NCBI GenBank assembly: GCA_027451945.1 | Contig: DAIDHT010000034.1 | Location: 812-64,811 of the forward strand | Direction of reading: 5' to 3' | Origin: Spirochaetales bacterium | Lineage (GTDB): Bacteria > Spirochaetota > Spirochaetia > JABEVK01 | DNA: 64,000 bases | In this document: positions 36,216-45,265 of the stretch, piece by piece | How positions within the stretch are numbered: position 1 is the first letter of the stretch | Layout of the letters: the number at the start of each line of letters is the position of its first letter | Program-made: the position numbers and the translations under genes | The notes under the pieces: model-generated | What the model was told of the DNA's origin: nothing | The model's database searches: none | Seen by the model: only the letters and a program-made list of their open reading frames with translations

Positions 36216-36842
36216 ATGCCTGTTTGTACTGCTCGTTTTTTGGATCGGGATCATGAACCCTCTGCTGGGATTCTCCCGGAAACCTTTTTTAAATGCTCTG
36301 CCGTCACCGAGTGGCAATTTCCCTGGCCAGACAAAGCGTACGAGCGCGTCACAACCGAAGTACGACTTGCCTGGTCGGTAAAATATCTTTATGTGCATTT
36401 TTGGTCTTTAGATAGTTATCTTCTGGCTCGAGAAACCAAGCCAAAGGGAAGGGTGGATTTAGACGACTTTGTGAGTATCACGGTGGCACACGGCGGACTG
36501 TGTCGCTCCTGGATGGTGAACCCCCTGGGCGTGCTAGCAGAGTTTTCTGCTCCGTACCAAGAGGCACCTCTTGCCGAATCAGAGATCAATCGGGCTTGGA
36601 AATCGGCAGCTCTTGGCAAAACGGGGCATTTTCCTGCCGGTTGGTCCTGGGAACTTCGGATCCCTTTCGAAAAAGATTTTTCGGTCGTACCCAGTCGAGC
36701 TGATGTTTGGAAAGTTCAATTTCAGCGCCAAGATATTGATAAACAGGGGCATGTCTCGCGGGCCGAGTGGTCGGCTCCCCATGGAGGAACTTCCGGTGTT
36801 CTTGACCCCGGAAGTTTTGGCGACTTGCAATTTCAGGGCTGA
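36216..36842 (+). CDS. Carbohydrate-binding family 9-like (DOMON-like) domain protein
   Basis: TEVRLAWS..YLYVHF, VNPLG, GWSWELRIPF, WKVQFQRQD; probable start ATG 36216. Confidence 0.7.
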   Translation: MPVCTARFLDRDHEPSAGILPETFFKCSAVTEWQFPWPDKAYERVTTEVRLAWSVKYLYVHFWSLDSYLLARETKPKGRVDLDDFVSITVAHGGLCRSWMVNPLGVLAEFSAPYQEAPLAESEINRAWKSAALGKTGHFPAGWSWELRIPFEKDFSVVPSRADVWKVQFQRQDIDKQGHVSRAEWSAPHGGTSGVLDPGSFGDLQFQG

Positions 36843-37549
36843 ATAACGGTTCCGAAAAACGGCTGATTGCGCAAAATCTTTCCTAGGTTCTTCAGGTCAC
36901 TTCCTGAGGCGACACAAACCCTCAAGCCCAGTTGCGCGGCTTGACGGGTGGCAATGGGGTCGAAGGGGGTGTTCTTACCAGGCACCCACTCGTCGCCGAC
37001 GATGGCACGGAATTCCTTCCAGGTGGCTTTTTCAAGTGGGCGGGCATCGGGGTTCTTTTTTGGATCATCGGTATACACTTGGGCAATATTCGACAGGTTA
37101 ACCACGGTGCCGGCTTGAAAACGTTCGGCAAGGACCACCGCGTCAAAGTCGGTCGAAAAACCGGGTTTCCACCCCGCCGCCACCAAAACACGACTTTTCC
37201 ACTCCAGCGGGGCCGTAGGGTCAGTCACGACGTCATTGGGGCAGTCCGAGCCAAAGGCGGCTTTAACGAGTTGCGCGTTGAGTCTGGTTGCCATGATACC
37301 GATCCAGTCCTGGGCCTCGGCCGCCGGGTGTTGTTCAAGGGCCTTTAAGGCGTCCTGGTACTGCCGTGCCGGAGCCCCTCCTCCCACAATTAGGACGATG
37401 CGTCGAGAGGGATCTTCGGACAACCACGTCCTAACCAAGTCACGGAATTGGCGGATAAACTCAACGGCTACCTGTGCCGGGGCTACGAGAGAGCCTCCGA
37501 GTGAAACAATCGTCGTGGAGGCGAAATTCAGGGGAGAAAGGGGATTCAT
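36833..37549 (-). CDS. pyrH: UMP kinase, archaeal type
   Basis: SLGGS, VGGGAPARQY, DWIGIMATRLNA, PGFSTD, VYTDDPKKNPDA, PFDPIA; AAGGAG SD. Confidence 0.92.
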   Translation of the reverse strand: MNPLSPLNFASTTIVSLGGSLVAPAQVAVEFIRQFRDLVRTWLSEDPSRRIVLIVGGGAPARQYQDALKALEQHPAAEAQDWIGIMATRLNAQLVKAAFGSDCPNDVVTDPTAPLEWKSRVLVAAGWKPGFSTDFDAVVLAERFQAGTVVNLSNIAQVYTDDPKKNPDARPLEKATWKEFRAIVGDEWVPGKNTPFDPIATRQAAQLGLRVCVASGSDLKNLGKILRNQPFFGTVIQP

Positions 37550-37631
37550 GCGGGTCTCCTTCAGAAAAAATCGGCGTCTGGCAGTGTAGGCTGGCTTTTC
37601 AGGTCAAGTCAACGCCGCTATAATGCCGCTC

Positions 37632-40067
37632 ATGTTTCGATGGCCGTTCCGTTCCCGTAAAATCCCTACTGATCTCGATGCCTTTGTGGCTGAAAAATGG
37701 GAGGCTAGGTTCTCTCATCCCACCGAAGCCCGCTTTGTCCGTGAGGCTGGCTCGGGGTTCTCGGTTGACTTGGACCGGACGTCCCGAATGGAACTTGTCC
37801 GCCCCCGTTTATTTGCTTGGACGATCGATCCGTGGTATCGCTACCGTGATCTTGTCTTAGAAGCCGACTTTACGTTTGGCGCGGCTAATGGCGGTAGTGC
37901 CGTCGGTTTGGTGCTTCGCTATACGAATGACGAAAACTATGCCTACGTTTTGGTCTCGAATACAGGGCGAATCCGGTTTGACGTGGTGTTTAATGGGACG
38001 CCGATTCCTCTCATCCCCTGGACGAGCCTGGCACAGCCACCTGGGGCCTCCTTTAACCTTACGGCGATTGTGCACGGCCAGCACTTTTCGTTTTATGTCG
38101 ATAAAATCTGGGTCGCCGAGGTAGCAGATGATCATTTAGATTCAGGCAGGGTTGGGTGGGCCGGGCAAAATTACGGCGATCGATCGTTGGCCGAGTTTAC
38201 CCTGTCACGCTTTTGCCTAGAGTCCCGTCCGGTCGAAGTTGAAGCTCAGTACCTTCGTTGGACACGGTTGGTTTTGTCGGACCCGGCGCAACGTCGGGTT
38301 TTAGCGCAGTCCTTTTTTGGCTTTGGGCGCTTTATTGAAGCAGAAATCCAGATGCGCCGAGTTTTGATGGATCATCCCGCCACTCGCGATGACCTGTTCT
38401 TTTTAGCCCAATGCGTACTTCGGCAGAACAGAACAACAGAAGCTCTTAAACTTATCGAGGAGATTTTACTCAAAGAGCCAGGCTGGGAGCTGGCCTTGAA
38501 AGAAAAAGCGAATATCTTCTATTTGCAAAATCGCTACAGCGAGCTCAAGGATGCCCTGGGACCCCTCCTGAAACGCTTTCCTGACGACGATATGCTCTGG
38601 AATTTGCAGGGACATGCCCAAACTGGTTTGGGAAATTGGGTGGGCGCCCTTGAATCCTACCAGGCCGCCTGGAAAGAAAACCCTCGCATGCCGGTCTATG
38701 CGCTCAATGCCGGGTTAACTCTCGAAAGATTGAAGCGTCCGGATGAAGCAGGTCGTTATTATATTGAAGCAGGGACGGAGTGGTTTCGCCAAGAAGCCTG
38801 GTCCGAGGTAGATGATATTCTTGCTCGCCTTGAGTTTATTGCTTGTGATCAATCGTTGTCGGCGCAAACTCTGCGGGCCAAAGCTCTGTTTCAAAAGGGA
38901 GAAGTTCATCGCGCTCGACCCCTGCTTGAAGAAGCTCTGCGCCAAGGGTCAAAAGACAGCGCGGTGGCCTATTTGCTAGCGGTTGCTTCGCGGCAAGAGG
39001 GACGTCTGGAGGAAGCTTTGCGTTTGGCTTCCTTGGCTGCTACCTGGGAACCGGATTTTTATCTGTTTCACTTTAAATTGGCCGAATGGCTGAAAGAGTC
39101 CGGCGAGGACTTTGAACAGGAGTTGCAAAAGGCTCTTGCCTTAGCTCCGCAAGACCCTTGGGTTTTGAACCTTAGGGGGCTCACCGCCTCCTCCAATAAC
39201 GAAAAAACCTTTTATTTGGAAAAAGCGCACCTAGCACTTCTTCAAGAACCCACGATTGCCATCAACCTTTCGGAGCACTACCATAGTCTCGGTCGCCGCG
39301 ACGAAGCCTTTCGGATCCTCGAGGGTTGGGAGGATCGAGCCGATATAGCCAACCATCGGGGCAATCTTTTAATTAGGGAACGCCAATACGAACGTGCTGC
39401 CGACGAGTACGAAAAGGCCTTGGCTCGTGATCCGAAAAACCTCGACTACCTTCAAAATGCAGCCTCGTGCGCCCTTGAACTCGAACGATATATTCGTGCT
39501 GAAGAGCTGTTGTTAACCATTCTCGATTTGGCTCCGACGGCGCAGGCTTACGTGGCTCTGGGAAACCTCATGCGGGTGGAAGGAGACTTTGTCCGATCGG
39601 AAGTGGCCTTACGGACAGCTCTCGAAAAAGAGCCGGACAACTTTTCGGCCTTGATGGAATTAGGTTGGCTTTACCTGTCTCGGCAAAAGTTTTCGTTGGT
39701 GCAAGGAATTCTCACTCCGGTGATTCGGCGCACCTTGGATGAGTCTCAACAGCAAGCGCTCCAGGAGCTTCAGGCGGCCTACCGTCGTTTGGCGGGGGAG
39801 TGGCTTTCTTGCTCAGCTTGTGGACGAGAATGGTGGGTACCCCTTCAGTTGCCTCTGCAGTCATCGCTGAAAGTTCGGGGCGAAATTCCTGATGATGCGC
39901 CAGCTGGAGCCTCGGAAGCAACGGGAAAGATTTTCTGTGTCGGCTGTGCGCAGAAGCATATGCAAGGTGGTAGGTTTTTGTGCCCAGATTCTGGTCAGCC
40001 GCTGATTTTGAAGGATGACCGCCTAAAGTTCTTGCTCCGCCAAGCACTCGAAAAGCTTCAACCTTGA
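37632..40067 (+). CDS. TPR-repeat protein with N-terminal DUF1080/ConA-like domain and C-terminal Cys-rich finger
   Basis: N-terminal beta sandwich (DLVLEADF, GLVLRY, FSFYVD...SGRVG); many TPR helices; CSAC...CVGC...CPD. Start placed at ATG 37632 because TATAAT overlaps ATG 37623. Confidence 0.8.
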   Translation: MFRWPFRSRKIPTDLDAFVAEKWEARFSHPTEARFVREAGSGFSVDLDRTSRMELVRPRLFAWTIDPWYRYRDLVLEADFTFGAANGGSAVGLVLRYTNDENYAYVLVSNTGRIRFDVVFNGTPIPLIPWTSLAQPPGASFNLTAIVHGQHFSFYVDKIWVAEVADDHLDSGRVGWAGQNYGDRSLAEFTLSRFCLESRPVEVEAQYLRWTRLVLSDPAQRRVLAQSFFGFGRFIEAEIQMRRVLMDHPATRDDLFFLAQCVLRQNRTTEALKLIEEILLKEPGWELALKEKANIFYLQNRYSELKDALGPLLKRFPDDDMLWNLQGHAQTGLGNWVGALESYQAAWKENPRMPVYALNAGLTLERLKRPDEAGRYYIEAGTEWFRQEAWSEVDDILARLEFIACDQSLSAQTLRAKALFQKGEVHRARPLLEEALRQGSKDSAVAYLLAVASRQEGRLEEALRLASLAATWEPDFYLFHFKLAEWLKESGEDFEQELQKALALAPQDPWVLNLRGLTASSNNEKTFYLEKAHLALLQEPTIAINLSEHYHSLGRRDEAFRILEGWEDRADIANHRGNLLIRERQYERAADEYEKALARDPKNLDYLQNAASCALELERYIRAEELLLTILDLAPTAQAYVALGNLMRVEGDFVRSEVALRTALEKEPDNFSALMELGWLYLSRQKFSLVQGILTPVIRRTLDESQQQALQELQAAYRRLAGEWLSCSACGREWWVPLQLPLQSSLKVRGEIPDDAPAGASEATGKIFCVGCAQKHMQGGRFLCPDSGQPLILKDDRLKFLLRQALEKLQP

Positions 40068-40074
40068 CGAACCT

Positions 40075-40800
40075 TTGTTTTTCCGTGAAGATGAGAGTCC
40101 AAGGTGGGTTGACTTGAAGTTTCCTGTATGGCTTTTTGCCTTGTCCCTGGGCTTAGTGGGACTGACTACCCAAGTGCGAGCTCAGGACATTGTAACCGCA
40201 GTTCAGTTTTTCAATCAGGTGTCGGAACGTTATGGCGCGGTGAAAGATTATACGGCCAATATCGCAGTACAGCAGGGGCGCGAGCGTATGTCTGGGGTGA
40301 TATTCTACCGAACCCCCAATTTGATTCGGATTAATTTCTCTTACCCTGACCATATGGTTTTTGACTCCGACGGACACGTTTTGACGGTTTATTTGCCCCG
40401 TTACGCTGTAACCTTTACGCAGGCGTTAAAAAAACGAAGCGAGGCGGCTGTAGCCTCTATGGCCAGCCATCAAGGGCTCAACCTTTTACGACAAAGCTAT
40501 TCTATCGCCTACTTGAATGGCCCAGAGCCCGAAGCCCTCGATGAAAAAGATCCCGAAAAAGTAGTTAAGCTACGCTTGTCCTGGCGAGAGGGTACAGAGG
40601 CGTTCAAATACTTAGAAATCGACGTGGGCCAAAATGGGTTTATCCGTAGAATTTCGGGAATCACCGCCGCTTCGGTTTCTGTGCAGTTTGATTTTACCAA
40701 TATTCGCACAAATTTGGGGATTTCGCAAAATCAGTTTGCTTATGATAGTCCTCCGACGTCGAACGTCATCAATAACTTTCTCTTCGATCCGGAGAAATAA
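40075..40800 (+). CDS. lolA: Outer-membrane lipoprotein carrier LolA
   Basis: Signal peptide; MSGVIFYRTPNLIRINFSYP..MVFDSDGHVLTVY; FDFTNIRTN...F.Y..P. True start may be 40108 or 40114. Confidence 0.82.
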   Translation: MFFREDESPRWVDLKFPVWLFALSLGLVGLTTQVRAQDIVTAVQFFNQVSERYGAVKDYTANIAVQQGRERMSGVIFYRTPNLIRINFSYPDHMVFDSDGHVLTVYLPRYAVTFTQALKKRSEAAVASMASHQGLNLLRQSYSIAYLNGPEPEALDEKDPEKVVKLRLSWREGTEAFKYLEIDVGQNGFIRRISGITAASVSVQFDFTNIRTNLGISQNQFAYDSPPTSNVINNFLFDPEK

Positions 40801-40802
40801 CT

Positions 40803-41912
40803 ATGGAATCGATCGGACAGACCCTTCGCCAAACCCGTGAGAGCCGAGGCTGGACCCTTGATCAAGTGGCCCGTGAAACCAATATTTCCCGGCAATACCT
40901 GGAGGCCCTTGAAGAGGACCACTATGAGGCATTCCCTGCCGAGCCGTACATTCTGGGCTTTCTTCGAACGTACTGTGATCATCTGGGTCTGACTGCCGAA
41001 GAAATGATCAACCGCTACCGGACTCTTCGGATTCAGGAACAACCTGCTCCTCTCGAAGCTTTAATTAAGAAACCGACCGAGGTGCCCACAAAGCTGATTG
41101 TTACCATCATTAGCGTGGTCGTCGGGGTTGTGGTCTTAGCCCTTTTGATTCCCGCCGTGATTAGCCTAGGTCGTCAATTACCCCAGCTGATGGCCAAGAA
41201 AGCTTCCACGCCACCGCCTAAAACCTGGGAACTGACTGCGGATAAAAAATCTCTGGATGAGCGATTTTACCCTGGTGATACTTTGGTTTTGGATTATTCT
41301 GGCAAGACCTATAGCTTTCTTGTAAAAGATTTGGGGGCCCAGTTGGAACTCACCGAAAACGGCAAGGATTACAAACTTCGCCTGGGTGATACCCTTTTCT
41401 TAGACCTTGATAATAACGCTGTGCAAGACGTGCGCTTCTTTTTAAAGGATTTTACCCCTGGACAACCCTCGAAGGGGGCTGAACTGGATGTGGAACGCCT
41501 AGGCGCTGTAACCCCGCTGGCTTCGGGTACCGGCGATTTAGGAACCGAAAAGTTGCCTACTAGTGCCGCCGGATCAGCCGGTATGATTATCGAAAAGCCG
41601 ATCGTTCTTCAGCAAGGCGATACGCCAAAACCCTTTTCGGTGGATGTTCTATTCCAAGCACCGGCCTTGTTTCGCTACATCGTCGACGGGACTATGCGCC
41701 AAGAAAACTATTACAGCAAAGGGCAGACCATTCACATTGATGCCAACAAGACGGCAGAACTTTATGTCTCGAATGCGGGTGCTGTGACGGTTCAAGTCAA
41801 TTCCACCCCGCTAGATCTGGGAAGCCCCGGACAAGTAGCTACTAAACTGATTCAATGGGTTAAAGACCCTGCGTCGGGGTCGTTGCAACTGGTTGCCAAT
41901 CCGTTGTACTGA
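40803..41912 (+). CDS. rodZ: RodZ-like HTH membrane protein
   Basis: SIGQTLRQTRE...YLEALEE...GFLRTY; one TM; C-terminal SNAGAV...LGSPGQV. Confidence 0.82.
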   Translation: MESIGQTLRQTRESRGWTLDQVARETNISRQYLEALEEDHYEAFPAEPYILGFLRTYCDHLGLTAEEMINRYRTLRIQEQPAPLEALIKKPTEVPTKLIVTIISVVVGVVVLALLIPAVISLGRQLPQLMAKKASTPPPKTWELTADKKSLDERFYPGDTLVLDYSGKTYSFLVKDLGAQLELTENGKDYKLRLGDTLFLDLDNNAVQDVRFFLKDFTPGQPSKGAELDVERLGAVTPLASGTGDLGTEKLPTSAAGSAGMIIEKPIVLQQGDTPKPFSVDVLFQAPALFRYIVDGTMRQENYYSKGQTIHIDANKTAELYVSNAGAVTVQVNSTPLDLGSPGQVATKLIQWVKDPASGSLQLVANPLY

Positions 41913-41923
41913 CGGAGCCCTCT

Positions 41924-43999
41924 GTGGACGAGCTCCCTTCCTACGCTCAGACGCTCAATGAACGCCAACGCGAGGCGGTTCTGCACGGTAAAGCGCCTCT
42001 GCTGATTTTGGCGGGGGCAGGTTCAGGAAAAACGCGGGTGGTCACCACCCGAATCGCCTACCTCATCGATTGTCTTTCGTTTACTCCCGACCAGATTCTT
42101 GCGGTGACCTTCACGAATAAAGCTGCTCGCGAGATGCAAGAACGTGTTGATCACTTTCTCGAAGAAAGCGGCCGGGACGCAAGGTCAGCCGTCATGATCA
42201 AAACATTTCACAGCTTTTGTTCGTGGTTCTTGCGTCGAAATGCCTCTGCCGCCGGGTTGAGTCCCTACTTTGGTATCTACGATGATGATGACGCTTTAGC
42301 GCTCTTAAAGACGGTTGTTCCCGAACATCTGCCCGCCTCAGAGGTGAGAACTTTACAAAATGCGATTAGTCGCGCCAAAGACGACAACCTAACCCCGGAC
42401 GATGACTTAGGGGGCATTTCTGCGCACCCAGAGTTCCCCGAGGTTTTTCGCCGGTATGAGGAAAAGCTAACGGCCTCGGGGAACGTTGATTTTGGCGGGT
42501 TAATTCAAAAAACTCTGATGGTTTTGCATCGCGAACCAGCCATCACCTCCCGGCTCAGGCAAAAGTTTCAAGTTGTTCTTGTCGATGAATACCAGGACTG
42601 CAACGGCGCGCAATCGCTACTCTTGGAAGCCCTCTACGGTCCACAAACTTGGTTAGCAGTTGTAGGGGATGACGACCAGTCCATTTACCGCTTTCGGGGA
42701 GCTGATGTCAGTCATATCTTGAATTTTCCCCAAAAGTTTCCGGGTACGGTCATCGTCCGCCTTGAACAGAATTACCGGTCAACCGGCGCAATCCTTGAGG
42801 TAGCCTCGCAAGTTGTCGCCCGCAATCAAGGGCGGTTGGGTAAAACCCTGTGGACGAGCAATCCTGTGGGGCGCAAACCGCGCCTCGTTTTTCATAACGA
42901 CCAAGATGATGAAGCGGCCTGGGCTGTGGATCTTATTAAGCGAGCCCCTTTGACTGAAACTGCCATTCTGTACCGGACGAACGCCCAGTCCCGCGCCTTT
43001 GAGTCGGCCCTCGTTCGGGCAAAGTTGCCTTACCGTCTCGTAGGAACAGTTCGGTTTTATGAACGCGAAGAGATTAAGGACATTCTCGCCTGGTTGCGAC
43101 TTTTGACAAACCCACGCGATGAGGTTTCGTTCCAACGGATTGTGAATAAGCCTGCTAGGGGTTTGGGTAAGTCGGCTCTTGCTGCTGTCGAACGGCACCG
43201 AACTGGCGATTGGCTGGACGCTTGCGGGTTGGCGTTAGGTGAGCTTAAAGGCAAGGCCAAGGCAGGGCTGGGGCAGTTTCTTGAGCTTTATAGCCACCTG
43301 AATGGCGCGTTAAAGGATAGCCGAAATCTTTCGGTCTTAGTGCAACAAGTGATTGAAGATTCCGGTCTAGGGGAGCATCACCGTCAAAACGAAGATTTGG
43401 GCGAGGCCAAAGAGCAGAACTTGGACGAGCTGGTAAACGCGGCAGCGCCGTATCCGGGCACGATCGAGGGGCTGACCCAGTTTTTAGAAAATGTGGAGCT
43501 TGATGCCGCAGGGACTCTAGAAGATCAACCAGGGGTAACGACTCTTATAACGATGCATAATACCAAGGGCCTCGAGTTTGATCGAGTCCTTGTTACTGGG
43601 CTCGAAGATGGCCTTTTTCCTCGCGATACGTTTGACGCCCAAGAAATCGAAGAAGAACGCCGGTTGTTTTACGTCGCTGTTACCCGGGCGCGTCAGGAGC
43701 TTTTGTTCTCGACTTGCCGCTCGCGCCTTCAGCACGGCAAATATCAGGATCGTGCCCCGAGTCGTTTTTTAGCCGAGATTGATCCTGACTCGTTGGAGGT
43801 TGTTGGTGGTGGGGGCCGAGGCAGTGACCTCTGGGCGGTGGGTCAGCGAGTTTTTCATGACGATTTTGGTGTGGGCACCGTGGTAAAGAAGTGGTACAAT
43901 GGATCGGAGCTGGGTCTGGACGTACGGTTTGACTCAGGACGGATGGGGCGTTTTATGCCAGCCTATACTCCGTTAGAAAAGGTGGCGGCGGATGAGTGA
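41924..43999 (+). CDS. uvrD: UvrD/PcrA/Rep superfamily 1 DNA helicase
   Basis: AGAGSGKT, TFTNKAA, VDEYQD, VGDDDQSIYRFRGA, LEQNYRS, TMHNTKGLEF, EERRLFYVAVTRA. Confidence 0.95.
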   Translation: MDELPSYAQTLNERQREAVLHGKAPLLILAGAGSGKTRVVTTRIAYLIDCLSFTPDQILAVTFTNKAAREMQERVDHFLEESGRDARSAVMIKTFHSFCSWFLRRNASAAGLSPYFGIYDDDDALALLKTVVPEHLPASEVRTLQNAISRAKDDNLTPDDDLGGISAHPEFPEVFRRYEEKLTASGNVDFGGLIQKTLMVLHREPAITSRLRQKFQVVLVDEYQDCNGAQSLLLEALYGPQTWLAVVGDDDQSIYRFRGADVSHILNFPQKFPGTVIVRLEQNYRSTGAILEVASQVVARNQGRLGKTLWTSNPVGRKPRLVFHNDQDDEAAWAVDLIKRAPLTETAILYRTNAQSRAFESALVRAKLPYRLVGTVRFYEREEIKDILAWLRLLTNPRDEVSFQRIVNKPARGLGKSALAAVERHRTGDWLDACGLALGELKGKAKAGLGQFLELYSHLNGALKDSRNLSVLVQQVIEDSGLGEHHRQNEDLGEAKEQNLDELVNAAAPYPGTIEGLTQFLENVELDAAGTLEDQPGVTTLITMHNTKGLEFDRVLVTGLEDGLFPRDTFDAQEIEEERRLFYVAVTRARQELLFSTCRSRLQHGKYQDRAPSRFLAEIDPDSLEVVGGGGRGSDLWAVGQRVFHDDFGVGTVVKKWYNGSELGLDVRFDSGRMGRFMPAYTPLEKVAADE

Positions 44000-44882
44000 A
44001 ACATGGGAAAGCGCTGATTGGCAACTGTTGGCCAACTTGCCAGCCGTACAGCGGGCCCGAGGCGACCGCCTATACCTGGGTAGAGACAAACACTGGGTAG
44101 ACCTTTGGAAAGAGAACGGTTTGTATTTCGAGGGGCGCCGCCCTGAAAAGCTCCTTTTAATCTGGAAGAATCAGCAGGCCAAGGGTCTTGGTGGCCTGTT
44201 CCCAACTACGCAAACGACACGCTTCTTGAAGGCTGTTAGGCGACACTGGCCGGCTGCTTTGCAGGTGTTGACCTTTCGGTCGCCCGAAAAGGCCTGGGCT
44301 GCGGCTTGCCAGCTGATCCCCGAAGGGAGTCGACCTGATTTTCGACGGCATTGGTCCGATGAGGCGAGTTCCCCAGCAATGACAAGTTTGAGAATCGCAC
44401 GACCCTGGGCAACCTCGTCTCAAGATGCTTGCCAAACGGCAAAGTTAGTTTTGCCGGTTTTGCCATGCGGTCCGCTTCAAGCCCGGATTCTTTTGATTGG
44501 GCAACTCTGGGAGGGGCCGCTACCTGAGCCAGAACGGTGGTCCGAGATGATCTCGGGTGCCGATGCGGCTGGCCTAGGCGAGGCCTTGAAAATCTGGGAA
44601 CACTCCCAAGAGCCTGACAAGCAAAGCGAGCGGCAGGCCTTCGGGCAAACCCTTGATGCTCTAAGTCAGGGCCTTTTTACACGCCGTGGGGCCTATTGGA
44701 CCCCTCAGTGTGACCCCAGCCGCTACGAGGCCCTCTTTCAGTGCTTTTTGAAACGCGGCTTTCTGTTGCCCCCGGATATGAGCCAGCCTGTAGTTTTACC
44801 GAGCTATCTTAGTGGTGGGGAATTGTCAGCCTTGCGAGGTGCTATCGAGGATTTTCTGCAGCAGGAAAAATCATGGGAGTAG
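43992..44882 (+). CDS. Degenerate class-III aminotransferase-like (PLP fold) protein
   Basis: N-terminus PAVQRARGDRLY....WVDLW...G matches the class-III start; central PLP motifs not recognisable. Confidence 0.5.
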   Translation: MSETWESADWQLLANLPAVQRARGDRLYLGRDKHWVDLWKENGLYFEGRRPEKLLLIWKNQQAKGLGGLFPTTQTTRFLKAVRRHWPAALQVLTFRSPEKAWAAACQLIPEGSRPDFRRHWSDEASSPAMTSLRIARPWATSSQDACQTAKLVLPVLPCGPLQARILLIGQLWEGPLPEPERWSEMISGADAAGLGEALKIWEHSQEPDKQSERQAFGQTLDALSQGLFTRRGAYWTPQCDPSRYEALFQCFLKRGFLLPPDMSQPVVLPSYLSGGELSALRGAIEDFLQQEKSWE

Positions 44883-45175
44883 CCTCGCCCGAGCTTATCT
44901 TAGGCGCCCAACTGGTGGTCAGCTTTTTTGCCGGCGTGGTTGGCGTAGCCTTGTGGGCCCATACCCGCGAACCCGCCTGGGTTTTTGTCGTTCTGGGGGT
45001 TTTGTTCGAATACATCAGCCTCATGCTTGATCTCTTAGACCGCCTCGGGGTAATTCAACTCAACGCCTGGTTGTGGCAAGGAATTCCCTGGCTACGTCTT
45101 GCCTTTGCCATTCTCCCCATGCTCTTAGTGGCGGTAGGTTTGATTTTTGCCTTACGGAGCTTTTTCAAACCCTAG
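44873..45175 (+). CDS. Small 3-TM hypothetical membrane protein
   Basis: 100 aa hydrophobic ORF overlapping the upstream gene; AGGA SD. Confidence 0.7.
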   Translation: MGVASPELILGAQLVVSFFAGVVGVALWAHTREPAWVFVVLGVLFEYISLMLDLLDRLGVIQLNAWLWQGIPWLRLAFAILPMLLVAVGLIFALRSFFKP

Positions 45176-45205
45176 TGGCGCACTGTAGTGGTACACTGTG
45201 GTCGC

Positions 45206-45236
45206 AAAAAAAGAGCCCGGGCTAACCGGGCTCTTT
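45206..45236 (-). terminator. Intrinsic terminator of htpG
   Basis: AAAGAGCCCGG (45210-45220) / CCGGGCTCTTT (45226-45236) with a 7-U run on the minus strand. Confidence 0.88.
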
Positions 45237-45265
45237 GTGCTTCATGATTGGGTCAGAAGCTTCGC

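Noticed and set aside
35992..36381. 129-aa ORF
   Set aside because: Reads antisense through tRNA-Leu and its terminator; spurious.
13149..36842. Short convergent 3' overlaps (13149-13168, 14783-14795, 20525-20555, 36833-36842)
   Set aside because: Ordinary in compact genomes; no evidence for antisense regulation.
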